Positions 9,642 to 17,745 of a stretch of DNA of 64,000 nt are shown one piece after another. Made by a program: the position numbers and the translations under genes. The DNA is from an uncultured archaeon (GTDB lineage: Archaea > Asgardarchaeota > Thorarchaeia > Thorarchaeales > Thorarchaeaceae), in the NCBI GenBank assembly GCA_964558645.1, contig CAZLEV010000007.1, positions 96,001 to 160,000 of the forward strand, read 5' to 3'. Positions within the stretch are counted from its first letter, which is position 1. The number at the start of each line of letters is the position of its first letter. Under the pieces are notes generated by a model. That model made no database searches, was not told the origin of the DNA, and saw only the letters and a program-made list of their open reading frames with translations.

Positions 9642-11102
9642 ATGTTGGATCAAAGCGTTATCTCTCATTTGAAGCAACTAGTCGGAAGTGAAGACATCGT
9701 ATACGAACGAGTTGACCTGTTTGCATACGCCCGAGATTTGACTCCCTATTTGGCACTTCCAGATGTAGTAGTATTCCCCAGAACAAAACAATCTGTTTCT
9801 GCGATAGTCAGACTTGCTTCGGATAATCGCATTCCCCTCACTCCCCGGGGTGGGGGCGCATCTTTTCAAGGATCGTCGCTTCCGATCAAAGGCGGCATTC
9901 TACTCGATCTCAGCAGAATGAATGAGATTCTGGAGATCAGTGAAGAAGACATGGTTGCAGTAGTGCAACCAGGTGTCAGATACGAAACCTTCGACAAGGC
10001 ACTCTCTGAACGCGGGCTGTCATGGCCGCATGATGTGGGAAGTCATGATGCAGCAAGCATCGGCGGCATTCTTGCCTCAGATTCGAATGGACATCATGCC
10101 TACAAGCATGGTCGTGTCAGTTCTTGGATTCAAGCTATGGAGATTGTGCTTGCAGATGGCTCTGTTCTGAATCTTGGTACAAGGGCACCGCGTTATAATA
10201 TGGGGTATAACCTTGCTGCCCTCTTTTCCGGCTCACAGGGCACACTCGGTATCATCACTGAGGCAATCCTAAGGCTGGTACCTCGCCCGAAATATGACGC
10301 CACAATCGGAGCATTCTTCGATGACCTAGACGATCTTATGGCGGCGTCTCATGCTATCACATTGTCAGGTGTTGACGCAGGAACGCTTGAGGCAACAGAC
10401 GGGTATACAGTCAGAACCATCAGTGACGTGATGGACTTCGGCTTCCCTGAGTGTGAAGGTAACTTTGTTGGTGACATCCAGGCTTTCGACAAGGACGACC
10501 TCGAGAGACGACTGAACATCATGGCAGACATTTTGCGCGAACATGGTGGCAAAGAGGTCATCTTCGCGTACGATGATGCAACTATTCGGAAGCTTTGGGC
10601 CCCTCGGATGGAGATCGATGTAGCCATCATGAAGACCGACCCAGGGTACCGAGAGATCGGGTTCGCAGCAGCTGACCCTTGCGTGCCTCTATCTAAGCAA
10701 GCCGAAGCTATACGGGAGATCGGTAGGATAATCAGGTCACACGGACTTATCGCGGCTGTTTTCTGTCACACAGGAATTGGAATCATCCATCCTGCAGCCC
10801 TCATGGACCCCAAGAGTGAGGATCATTGGAAGGCTCTCAAACTGGCCGAGAAGGAAGTCATTGAGTATGTCTTCAGCATCGGAGGTGTCTTGAGTGCAGA
10901 GCATGGCCTTGGGTACGTCAAGAACCCCTATGTTAAGCGGGCTGTTGGTGAGAAAAAGCTCGAGATTGACCGGAAAATCAAGAAGTTACTCGACCCCGAT
11001 GGGGTCTTCAATCCGCGCAAGATGGCGCTTGACACGGAGGAACGAGACGTTGAGGCTAAGCCGATTCATTCGGCATATGTGACAGATAAGGAGGCTTGGT
11101 AG
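9642..11102 (+). CDS. FAD-linked oxidase, GlcD/D-lactate dehydrogenase family
   Basis: PRGGGAS, GSQGTLGIIT, HTGIGIIHP, SAEHGLG..K and LDPDGVFNP motifs. Confidence 0.9.
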   Translation: MLDQSVISHLKQLVGSEDIVYERVDLFAYARDLTPYLALPDVVVFPRTKQSVSAIVRLASDNRIPLTPRGGGASFQGSSLPIKGGILLDLSRMNEILEISEEDMVAVVQPGVRYETFDKALSERGLSWPHDVGSHDAASIGGILASDSNGHHAYKHGRVSSWIQAMEIVLADGSVLNLGTRAPRYNMGYNLAALFSGSQGTLGIITEAILRLVPRPKYDATIGAFFDDLDDLMAASHAITLSGVDAGTLEATDGYTVRTISDVMDFGFPECEGNFVGDIQAFDKDDLERRLNIMADILREHGGKEVIFAYDDATIRKLWAPRMEIDVAIMKTDPGYREIGFAAADPCVPLSKQAEAIREIGRIIRSHGLIAAVFCHTGIGIIHPAALMDPKSEDHWKALKLAEKEVIEYVFSIGGVLSAEHGLGYVKNPYVKRAVGEKKLEIDRKIKKLLDPDGVFNPRKMALDTEERDVEAKPIHSAYVTDKEAW

Positions 11103-11106
11103 TCAG

Positions 11107-11499
11107 ATGTCACTTGAAGACCATAGGCACATCATCATGGAATGCGTGAGTTGCGGTCTCTGTCAAAGCAATTGTCCCATCTACAAGCAGTCCTATCTCG
11201 AGTCCAACAGCGCGAAGGGGAAGATGTCCATTCTGTACGCGTTGCTTGAGGGGTGGCTGGATTGGGATGAGGTTGCAGAGAGGATGTACGAGTGTACCAC
11301 TTGCAAGAACTGTCAGGCAACGTGTCTCTCCGGATTGGATATCCCTGCAGTCGTCGAGGCCGCTAGAGCCGAGTTAGTGAAGCGGGGTTACGGAAACGAA
11401 ATCTCAGCAAAACTGGCAGAGAACCTGAAAGAGACCCACAATCCCTTCGGTGAGGATCCGAAAGTGCGAAACAAATTCAAAGAACTGGCGGAGGCGTAA
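11107..11499 (+). CDS. 2x[4Fe-4S] protein (N-terminal half of GlcF/HdrD-like)
   Basis: CVSCGLCQSNCP and CTTCKNCQATC motifs; C-terminal NPFG. Confidence 0.85.
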   Translation: MSLEDHRHIIMECVSCGLCQSNCPIYKQSYLESNSAKGKMSILYALLEGWLDWDEVAERMYECTTCKNCQATCLSGLDIPAVVEAARAELVKRGYGNEISAKLAENLKETHNPFGEDPKVRNKFKELAEA

Positions 11500-11502
11500 C
11501 AG

Positions 11503-12225
11503 TTGATAGTGTATTTTCTTGGTTGTATGGCAACGTACCGGCTACCATCTATAGCAGAGGCAACAATCAAGATTCTGAAACATGCAGGTGTTGACTTCAA
11601 GACGCTTGGTGAGGACGAGTGGTGTTGCGGCAGTGTCACTCTTCGCACCGGTTTCAATGAAGAGGCCGAGTATCTTGCTCGCCACAATGTTGAGGCTATC
11701 AAGGACGCAGGAGCCGATCGAGTTGTCACTGCCTGCGCCGGTTGCTTCCGAACCCTGTCTGTCGACTACCCGAAGATTCTCGGTGAGGAACTGCCTTTTG
11801 AGGTGGTCCACTTCCCGACGCTTCTCAAGGAGCTCATCGAAGAAGGGGAGATCCAATTCCCGGAGGACGAGCAGATTGCAGTTACCTATCACGATCCGTG
11901 TCACATCGGCCGCCACATGGGAATCTATGACGATCCACGTGAGGCTCTTGAGGCAATACCGAATGTAGAACTACGCGAGATGTTCAAGAATCACGAGAAC
12001 GCCTCGTGCTGCGGTGCTGGTGGGGGCGTTCGCTCGACAAATCGTGACCTAGCGCGAGGGGCAGCTGATACCCGTATCGAAGAGGCTGAGGAAACGGGCG
12101 CATCGGTGTTGACCACTGCTTGCCCGTTTTGTACATTCAATCTGAGAGAGTCGACTGAGCGCTCTGAGTCTGAGGTCGAGATGCTTGACTTCCCTGAGTT
12201 TGTCGCGAAGATACTGAAGCTTTGA
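11503..12225 (+). CDS. CCG-domain protein (C-terminal half of GlcF/HdrD-like)
   Basis: YFLGC, EWCCG, VTACAGC, YHDPCH, CCGAGGG and TACPFC motifs. TTG start after GGAGG. Confidence 0.88.
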   Translation: MIVYFLGCMATYRLPSIAEATIKILKHAGVDFKTLGEDEWCCGSVTLRTGFNEEAEYLARHNVEAIKDAGADRVVTACAGCFRTLSVDYPKILGEELPFEVVHFPTLLKELIEEGEIQFPEDEQIAVTYHDPCHIGRHMGIYDDPREALEAIPNVELREMFKNHENASCCGAGGGVRSTNRDLARGAADTRIEEAEETGASVLTTACPFCTFNLRESTERSESEVEMLDFPEFVAKILKL

Positions 12226-12235
12226 GCAGAATCAT

Positions 12236-12256
12236 GTCCGTCTGCGCGCAACGGAC
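12236..12256 (+). terminator. Stem-loop downstream of the GlcD/F-like operon
   Basis: GTCCGT...ACGGAC stem with inner TGC/GCA pairing, 10 nt after the stop. Confidence 0.35.
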
Positions 12257-12434
12257 CCATTCCCTTGCATGCAGTTCGGACTCTTCACAATCTTTCCATA
12301 ACGTAATCGACCTTAGTCCCCTTTTGCCAGTCCGAGTGTGGCTTATGTCGAGAAGGCTCTCCCGGGTCACATTCAAATGATTCTTATGGTTGACCTAACT
12401 CGACTATTCGTGTTTCTAGAGGCGAGATTCTGCG

Positions 12435-13061
12435 ATGGAGTTAATTGATGCGCCTATGCCAATTTCAAAGCGCGTGGCCGTACTAGCAGTCTTTTCAGCG
12501 ATAGCCATCGCCTTGGAAGTCTTTCCAATACCTGGCATCACTGATCTCAAGTTAGTTCCCGCTGTTCCTAGTTTCACAATTGATTGGACAGGGATACCGA
12601 TTACATTCATCTTTCTTGTTCTTGGATTCAACTACTCACTGGTGGCAGTGGCGACAATGGCTCTTGCAATCGGATACCGAAATCCGATTGGAGCTGTATT
12701 CAAGGCCATGTCAGAATTTCTAACGGTCTTGGGAATGCTTGCAGGACTACTCATGTATCGGTGCCTTGCTGAAAAACACACGAACAGAAGAAAGCGGGAG
12801 ATAAAAGCACTTCTCATGTTGCTTGGGGGTGTCTTCTTCAGAATGATGGGAATGTATGTTGCCAACATACTCCTGCTACCTCTGCTTCTGGGCTTGCCAG
12901 AAAGTGCAGCTATTTCAGCATCTGAAATACTAATTCCTTGGAACGGACTCCAAGCTGTCATTAACATACTGGGCGGTTTGATGCTTCTAAGGCTAGTTCC
13001 ACGAGAGGTTCTTCTAGAAGCAGGACTCGATACAGATTCAACAAACATACATCGGGAATAG
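12435..13061 (+). CDS. Solitary ECF S component (RibU/PanT-like fold)
   Basis: 208 aa, about 6 TM. AVFSAIAIALE, TIDWTGIP and a late IPWNGLQ motif typical of group II S components. Confidence 0.7.
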   Translation: MELIDAPMPISKRVAVLAVFSAIAIALEVFPIPGITDLKLVPAVPSFTIDWTGIPITFIFLVLGFNYSLVAVATMALAIGYRNPIGAVFKAMSEFLTVLGMLAGLLMYRCLAEKHTNRRKREIKALLMLLGGVFFRMMGMYVANILLLPLLLGLPESAAISASEILIPWNGLQAVINILGGLMLLRLVPREVLLEAGLDTDSTNIHRE

Positions 13062-13122
13062 AACGCTCTCTTGAAATGAAACCTTGGCTCTTCCCCCTGC
13101 ACACTATGCTCGCCTATGTGGC

Positions 13123-14292
13123 TCACATCTCTGTTTCGATGAAGCCTTCCACAAACCTAGAACTGGCCTTCGGCGCCTGTTTCATATCCTTGGCGTACAT
13201 AGCATGTCTCATCAGTCTGTCAAGAGCGACAGTATAGGCATCAAGCGCGCTCCATCCCTCAGATGAACTGTGATACTGACCGTTCACTGTTCTCAGGTTC
13301 ATCCGACATTGAACGAGCGTTCTTTTGCCAGCTACAGATCCTTGGGTCTTCATATACACGAAGAGGATGCCCTTTCCCAGAGTCGTATCGAATTTCTTTC
13401 TGAACGACGTGAAGTTCTGCATCATTATCTCTCTATCTCGGCCCGATATCTCAACCGAGGGCTTGATAGAGAACTGAATCGTGAGACGTCTCGATTCGAT
13501 TGCTTCTCGCGCTAGGGGTTCGAGGAAGTCTAGTTTTGTGACTATCCCGGTCATACGGTCTTCCTTTGTCACGACGAGGCACGATACTTGTTCCCTCTTC
13601 ATTTTGGATACGCAATCCTTCAGAGTGTTCCGTTCGGTCACTGTGACAACGGGCGAGCTCATGACTCCTCGGATCTCAATACCCATCACCCCGTATCTCT
13701 CTCCAATGCGTTCTCCTTTTGTTGTCCGACTTCTGATCTTGTAGACGAGGTCTATGATGTCCTGAATGCTTACCATGCCGATAGTCCTTCCGTCCTCGAC
13801 AACAGGTGCGTGAGATATGCCATGCTCTCTGAAAAGATTCAGTACAGACGCGGCTGTATCCTCGGGCTCCACGACTTCCGGCTTTCTTGACATAATCTCC
13901 TCAACCGGTAAATCCCCCAATGAACCTGATAAGACGCTCTCGAGTATCTGATCGCGCGTTACGATTCCTCTGAATCTCTGTCCCGCATATACTGGAAGCT
14001 GTGCTGCACCGCTCTCAATCATCAGTCTAGCTGCCTCACTGAGAGTATCGCGCATCTGAACCTGAGGAGGTTTCTGTATCAACTTCCTGATTGACACATT
14101 CGCAGGGTTCAGTCTTGATCTCCTCAGTCTTCTCAACGAGATCATACCAACGTATTCGCCTTTCCTGTCTCTGACAGAGAGGGCTTCAACTCCAAGTTCC
14201 TTGAGTCTTGCAAGACATGAGGTAAGACTATCAGTGTCAGTGACCGACTCGGTGATTTCGCTGTAAATATTCTGAACATGAAGGTCATCCAT
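13123..14292 (-). CDS. Four-CBS-domain protein with C-terminal HPF/RaiA-like domain (candidate ribosome hibernation factor)
   Basis: Four CBS motifs (VGMIS, LPVY..FRGIVT, HAPVV..IGMVS, CLVV..TGIVT). About 110-aa C-terminal domain with beta-alpha-beta-beta-beta-alpha pattern ending SSSEGWSALDAYTVALDRLMR. Confidence 0.75.
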   Translation of the reverse strand: MDDLHVQNIYSEITESVTDTDSLTSCLARLKELGVEALSVRDRKGEYVGMISLRRLRRSRLNPANVSIRKLIQKPPQVQMRDTLSEAARLMIESGAAQLPVYAGQRFRGIVTRDQILESVLSGSLGDLPVEEIMSRKPEVVEPEDTAASVLNLFREHGISHAPVVEDGRTIGMVSIQDIIDLVYKIRSRTTKGERIGERYGVMGIEIRGVMSSPVVTVTERNTLKDCVSKMKREQVSCLVVTKEDRMTGIVTKLDFLEPLAREAIESRRLTIQFSIKPSVEISGRDREIMMQNFTSFRKKFDTTLGKGILFVYMKTQGSVAGKRTLVQCRMNLRTVNGQYHSSSEGWSALDAYTVALDRLMRHAMYAKDMKQAPKASSRFVEGFIETEM

Positions 14293-14436
14293 TTACTCTA
14301 CCCCGTATCTAAGTAAAATATTGTGACTATTGATATATCTGTTTGGAAGGGGCAGCGAAAAGAAGTGAGCCTACTCTCCGATACGGCTTCTTCTTGTCCT
14401 TGTCCCGAAGTCGTCTAGAACTGCAGGAGAAGATGC

Positions 14437-15282
14437 TCACTCAAGTTCTACGCGGGCCACAACGGGTAAATGGTCACTCGCCATAGCTGTGGACACAACC
14501 ACACATGTTAGCACGGTAATGTCAGGGCTTACCCAGATGTAGTCTATCCTTTCGAACGGACCTGTGCTGGGCCATGTATAACCTTCGGGAGAATCGAGTG
14601 GATTTCCTGCGGCGGTCCATGTATCATTGAGATGTTTCGAGATGTCTTGGTAGATTGTGTCGTCTGGGCTCTCAACTCCCGGTTCGGGCTGGCCTGTTGG
14701 GAGGGTATTGAAATCACCCATTAGGACCTTAGGGCCGGAGGTAGCATTCACTGCACTCATCACTTCTTGTGCTTGAGTTGTCCTATCATAGTAGGAGAGT
14801 CCAAGGTGCACTACGAACACATTTAGATCGAGCGAGCCAATCCTGACAACGGTTTCAAGCATGACACGCGGCAATTCCTCATGTGTCAGAAGATGGTACT
14901 TGGCACTGATGATGGGGTGTTTAGAGAGAAGCGCCACTCCAATTATCTGCTCGTTCGAAGGAGGACCGAAGTAGCTGTGCATTCCAAGTTGCGTCGAGAG
15001 CCAGAGCACTGAGTCTATGTTCATAGAGCTAACCCTTCCTGAATCAGACTCCTGTAGACCTACTATGTCTGCCTCAGAATTCAGAATTGTATCACGGACA
15101 TACTCAAGGTTCACTGAGCCATCCGGGGTGTAACCTTGGTAGATGTTGTAGGTCATGACAGTAATAGTCTCAGATGCTGGGGCTTCAGGAGTTGGAGCCA
15201 AAGAGAGAACAAGGCCTGAGGCTGTTCCTATCAAGAAGACAATTGCAAGGGTTGTTACTGTTTTGTGAATAGACGAATCCAC
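14437..15282 (-). CDS. Membrane-anchored endonuclease/exonuclease/phosphatase (EEP) family hydrolase
   Basis: N-terminal TM helix; MTYNI, DIVGLQE, VALLSKHPI, VVHL, LMGDFN, RIDYIW and SDHLP motifs. Confidence 0.9.
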   Translation of the reverse strand: MDSSIHKTVTTLAIVFLIGTASGLVLSLAPTPEAPASETITVMTYNIYQGYTPDGSVNLEYVRDTILNSEADIVGLQESDSGRVSSMNIDSVLWLSTQLGMHSYFGPPSNEQIIGVALLSKHPIISAKYHLLTHEELPRVMLETVVRIGSLDLNVFVVHLGLSYYDRTTQAQEVMSAVNATSGPKVLMGDFNTLPTGQPEPGVESPDDTIYQDISKHLNDTWTAAGNPLDSPEGYTWPSTGPFERIDYIWVSPDITVLTCVVVSTAMASDHLPVVARVELE

Positions 15283-16487
15283 TAGTTAAGCACCTCCTTG
15301 TTGCCGAGTGCTAGAGCGAGGGGTACTGTTGCAGCGAGTGCAAACGATGAAATAATCAGATAAGGGGTAATGCCCTCAAGGGCTGGGAGTATCTGTCCTG
15401 CAACAAGGGCGAGAACATAGAGCAGTGTAAGGAGCAGGAGGATCAGCATTCCGGAGAAATGGAATAGTGCATGGTCTGTGAGAGTCGCGTTGCGAGAGCC
15501 AAGCAAGCCCCAGAGCAGTCGTAGATTGAGCATGAACACGAAGGTGGTTATGCCCGCCAAGACACCGGCTAAAGGCGAGTGCAGATATGCAAAGTCAAGG
15601 GCTGCTAGAAGGGCCAAGAGATTTAGTGCTGCAAGAGTGGGCTTGCGACTCAATTGCTGAACTAATCTTGTGTTGAGAACTGCCAGAGCGTAGGTGATGA
15701 GGCCGAGAATAACTGAGAGTCCAGCAATCTCATAGGAACTGGTGGTCCATCGAGCTATTACATTGGGATACGCTAAGAAGGTGAGAAATGCAAACATCAC
15801 TCCTCCAAACCCCAGACCAGCCGCGAACACTGCACCTCTTGATATTGAGGAAGGCTCGCTTACCTGTGAAGAAGCCACGGCTGACGGAAGCAGATGACTC
15901 AGATAGGCAAACGACCCAGCGAGAACACACAAGAGTGGGGCTATCACAATTCCGAGTGGACCAGTGGACAAGTCCCAGGTGATGCCAAGGGTTCTTAGCA
16001 TGAGATCACCTGCAATAGCCAGCGAGAAGGCTGCACTGAAGAGGTTGGGAACTGACAAAGCAGGACTCGGTTCGGCTTTGAACTGGGATTCCGTGGCAAC
16101 TGGAAGATACATGCCGTAGAACAAGACAGTCAGTCCCGCAGTAATCATGTAGAGCATAGCAGTTGTCTGAACAAAAGGCATGATGAATCGAAACAGGATG
16201 ACTCCTATCACACTAGACACTCTCAGAGACTCAGCTTGAGCATTCCGAAATGGTATAACCACGGCAGGTGATAGCAGTAAGAAAATAAGCGCAACAGAAG
16301 GTCCCAACGACATTGCACCAAGGTTCTGGAAGTATATCTGACCAATGAACTCTCTGACGCTCTGGAGAAAGAATAGAGTCATCATGAGGGGCAGTAGTAG
16401 ATGATTCATGAGTAAGCTCAACTCATCTCTTGAGAAGGCGTCTGTCACCCTCTTGGCTAGAGCTTGGGTAGATGTTCTTTCGGTCAT
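15282..16487 (-). CDS. Multi-pass membrane protein coupled to the EEP hydrolase
   Basis: 401 aa, about 12 hydrophobic segments. Its TAG stop overlaps the next GTG start (TAGTG), with a GGAGGTG SD inside the 3' end. Confidence 0.82.
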   Translation of the reverse strand: MTERTSTQALAKRVTDAFSRDELSLLMNHLLLPLMMTLFFLQSVREFIGQIYFQNLGAMSLGPSVALIFLLLSPAVVIPFRNAQAESLRVSSVIGVILFRFIMPFVQTTAMLYMITAGLTVLFYGMYLPVATESQFKAEPSPALSVPNLFSAAFSLAIAGDLMLRTLGITWDLSTGPLGIVIAPLLCVLAGSFAYLSHLLPSAVASSQVSEPSSISRGAVFAAGLGFGGVMFAFLTFLAYPNVIARWTTSSYEIAGLSVILGLITYALAVLNTRLVQQLSRKPTLAALNLLALLAALDFAYLHSPLAGVLAGITTFVFMLNLRLLWGLLGSRNATLTDHALFHFSGMLILLLLTLLYVLALVAGQILPALEGITPYLIISSFALAATVPLALALGNKEVLN

Positions 16488-16914
16488 CGTTCATCACCTT
16501 GGCATACAGGCCATGAGTCTGGTGTTAAACCGGGACAAAAGCGTTTTCATGCTCATGGCCCTGTTTCTCTATTGAATGAAACGCCTTACATCAGCTTCTT
16601 TTGGTGTACTCCAAGATAAATGAATTCTGACTATTTTGACTCAGGTCTTTCTACCAATTCATAGATTAAGTTCACTATCGACTCGACCACCGAGTCGTCT
16701 TTGGTCACAATGCCGACTTCCCAAGTTGAGCCGCCTGCTGAACTGCTGTTGAGGTCCATCGAAGAGGTGCTGGCTTAGCCCTATGAAACGGATTTCCTAG
16801 TAGTGCGTTCTAGGAGCAGATCAGGACATAAAAGCGGGCAAATGAGATGTATTTCACGAGTAAGATGCAAAGCTGAGATTCTTCTTGCCTATTCTTCTGC
16901 TTTCATGAACTCGT

Positions 16915-17439
16915 TCACGCTGTAAGCCTCTTTCGCCTCAGAGCAATTATGACTATAACAGTAATACCTCCAAGGATACCTACCGCAAGCAGATAATCCA
17001 TGCTGGTCAGATTGAAAAAGGGTGCGGGTTCTGCGCTCGTAACTGTGACCCAGACAGTATCAAATGACATATTGCCAGCCATATCTCGAACGACTACTGT
17101 GATATTATGGATGCCAACTCCCAGACCATCCAATTCGAAGACAATCTCGATTGGACTTGTATCCCATGCACCATAATCGGAGATTGTTCCATTGTTGAAA
17201 ATCACATATCCATAGGGATTATCGTCAGAGCATACCCAGATGATGGTTCTACCAGTTGTTCCCTCTGTCATCGTCACATTCTCTGGAGATGAGATGGTAG
17301 GTGGTGTAATGTCACCATGTGCATTTCCGTATGCTGTAACTGGCTCTGCAGCAAAGCCAAGAAACAGCACGATGCCCATGAAAACAATCGATGCCACCTT
17401 TCGTTTTCTCAAGAAGAAAGAGTGTGAAATCAGCATCAT
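16915..17439 (-). CDS. Small surface protein: signal peptide, one Ig-like domain, C-terminal TM anchor
   Basis: DITPPTI...EGTTG..IIW..D.NP..Y...NG...DGL.VG.HN.T.VV.D.AGN domain, shared with the two neighbouring surface proteins. TM helix plus RRKR tail. Confidence 0.8.
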   Translation of the reverse strand: MMLISHSFFLRKRKVASIVFMGIVLFLGFAAEPVTAYGNAHGDITPPTISSPENVTMTEGTTGRTIIWVCSDDNPYGYVIFNNGTISDYGAWDTSPIEIVFELDGLGVGIHNITVVVRDMAGNMSFDTVWVTVTSAEPAPFFNLTSMDYLLAVGILGGITVIVIIALRRKRLTA

Positions 17440-17745
17440 TTATCACCACGCTTTAATCAAAGAGTTGTCGAAAGTACATTCAAAACGGAGATAAGAATCT
17501 TTCCTAAGCTAGGACTCTGTGTGAAAAGTTGAAACGAGTAATTGCCCGTGCATGTCATGTGGTGCCATCCTCCAAGATTCTTCTTCAAGTATTTCCCTGA
17601 AATCACACTGCCGTTGGAGCAGGCCTTCAGTAGCTGTTGGGATGTCAAGACCATGCCGTCTTTGAAGAGATTCGCTTTGGAGTGATTGTCTTTAGTAATT
17701 CTTATGTAATTGCTTGCCCTAGATACAGATACTGGGATTGCGACG

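Noticed and set aside
12260-12434. FMN riboswitch upstream of the RibU-like S component
   Set aside because: The conserved FMN aptamer strings are absent.
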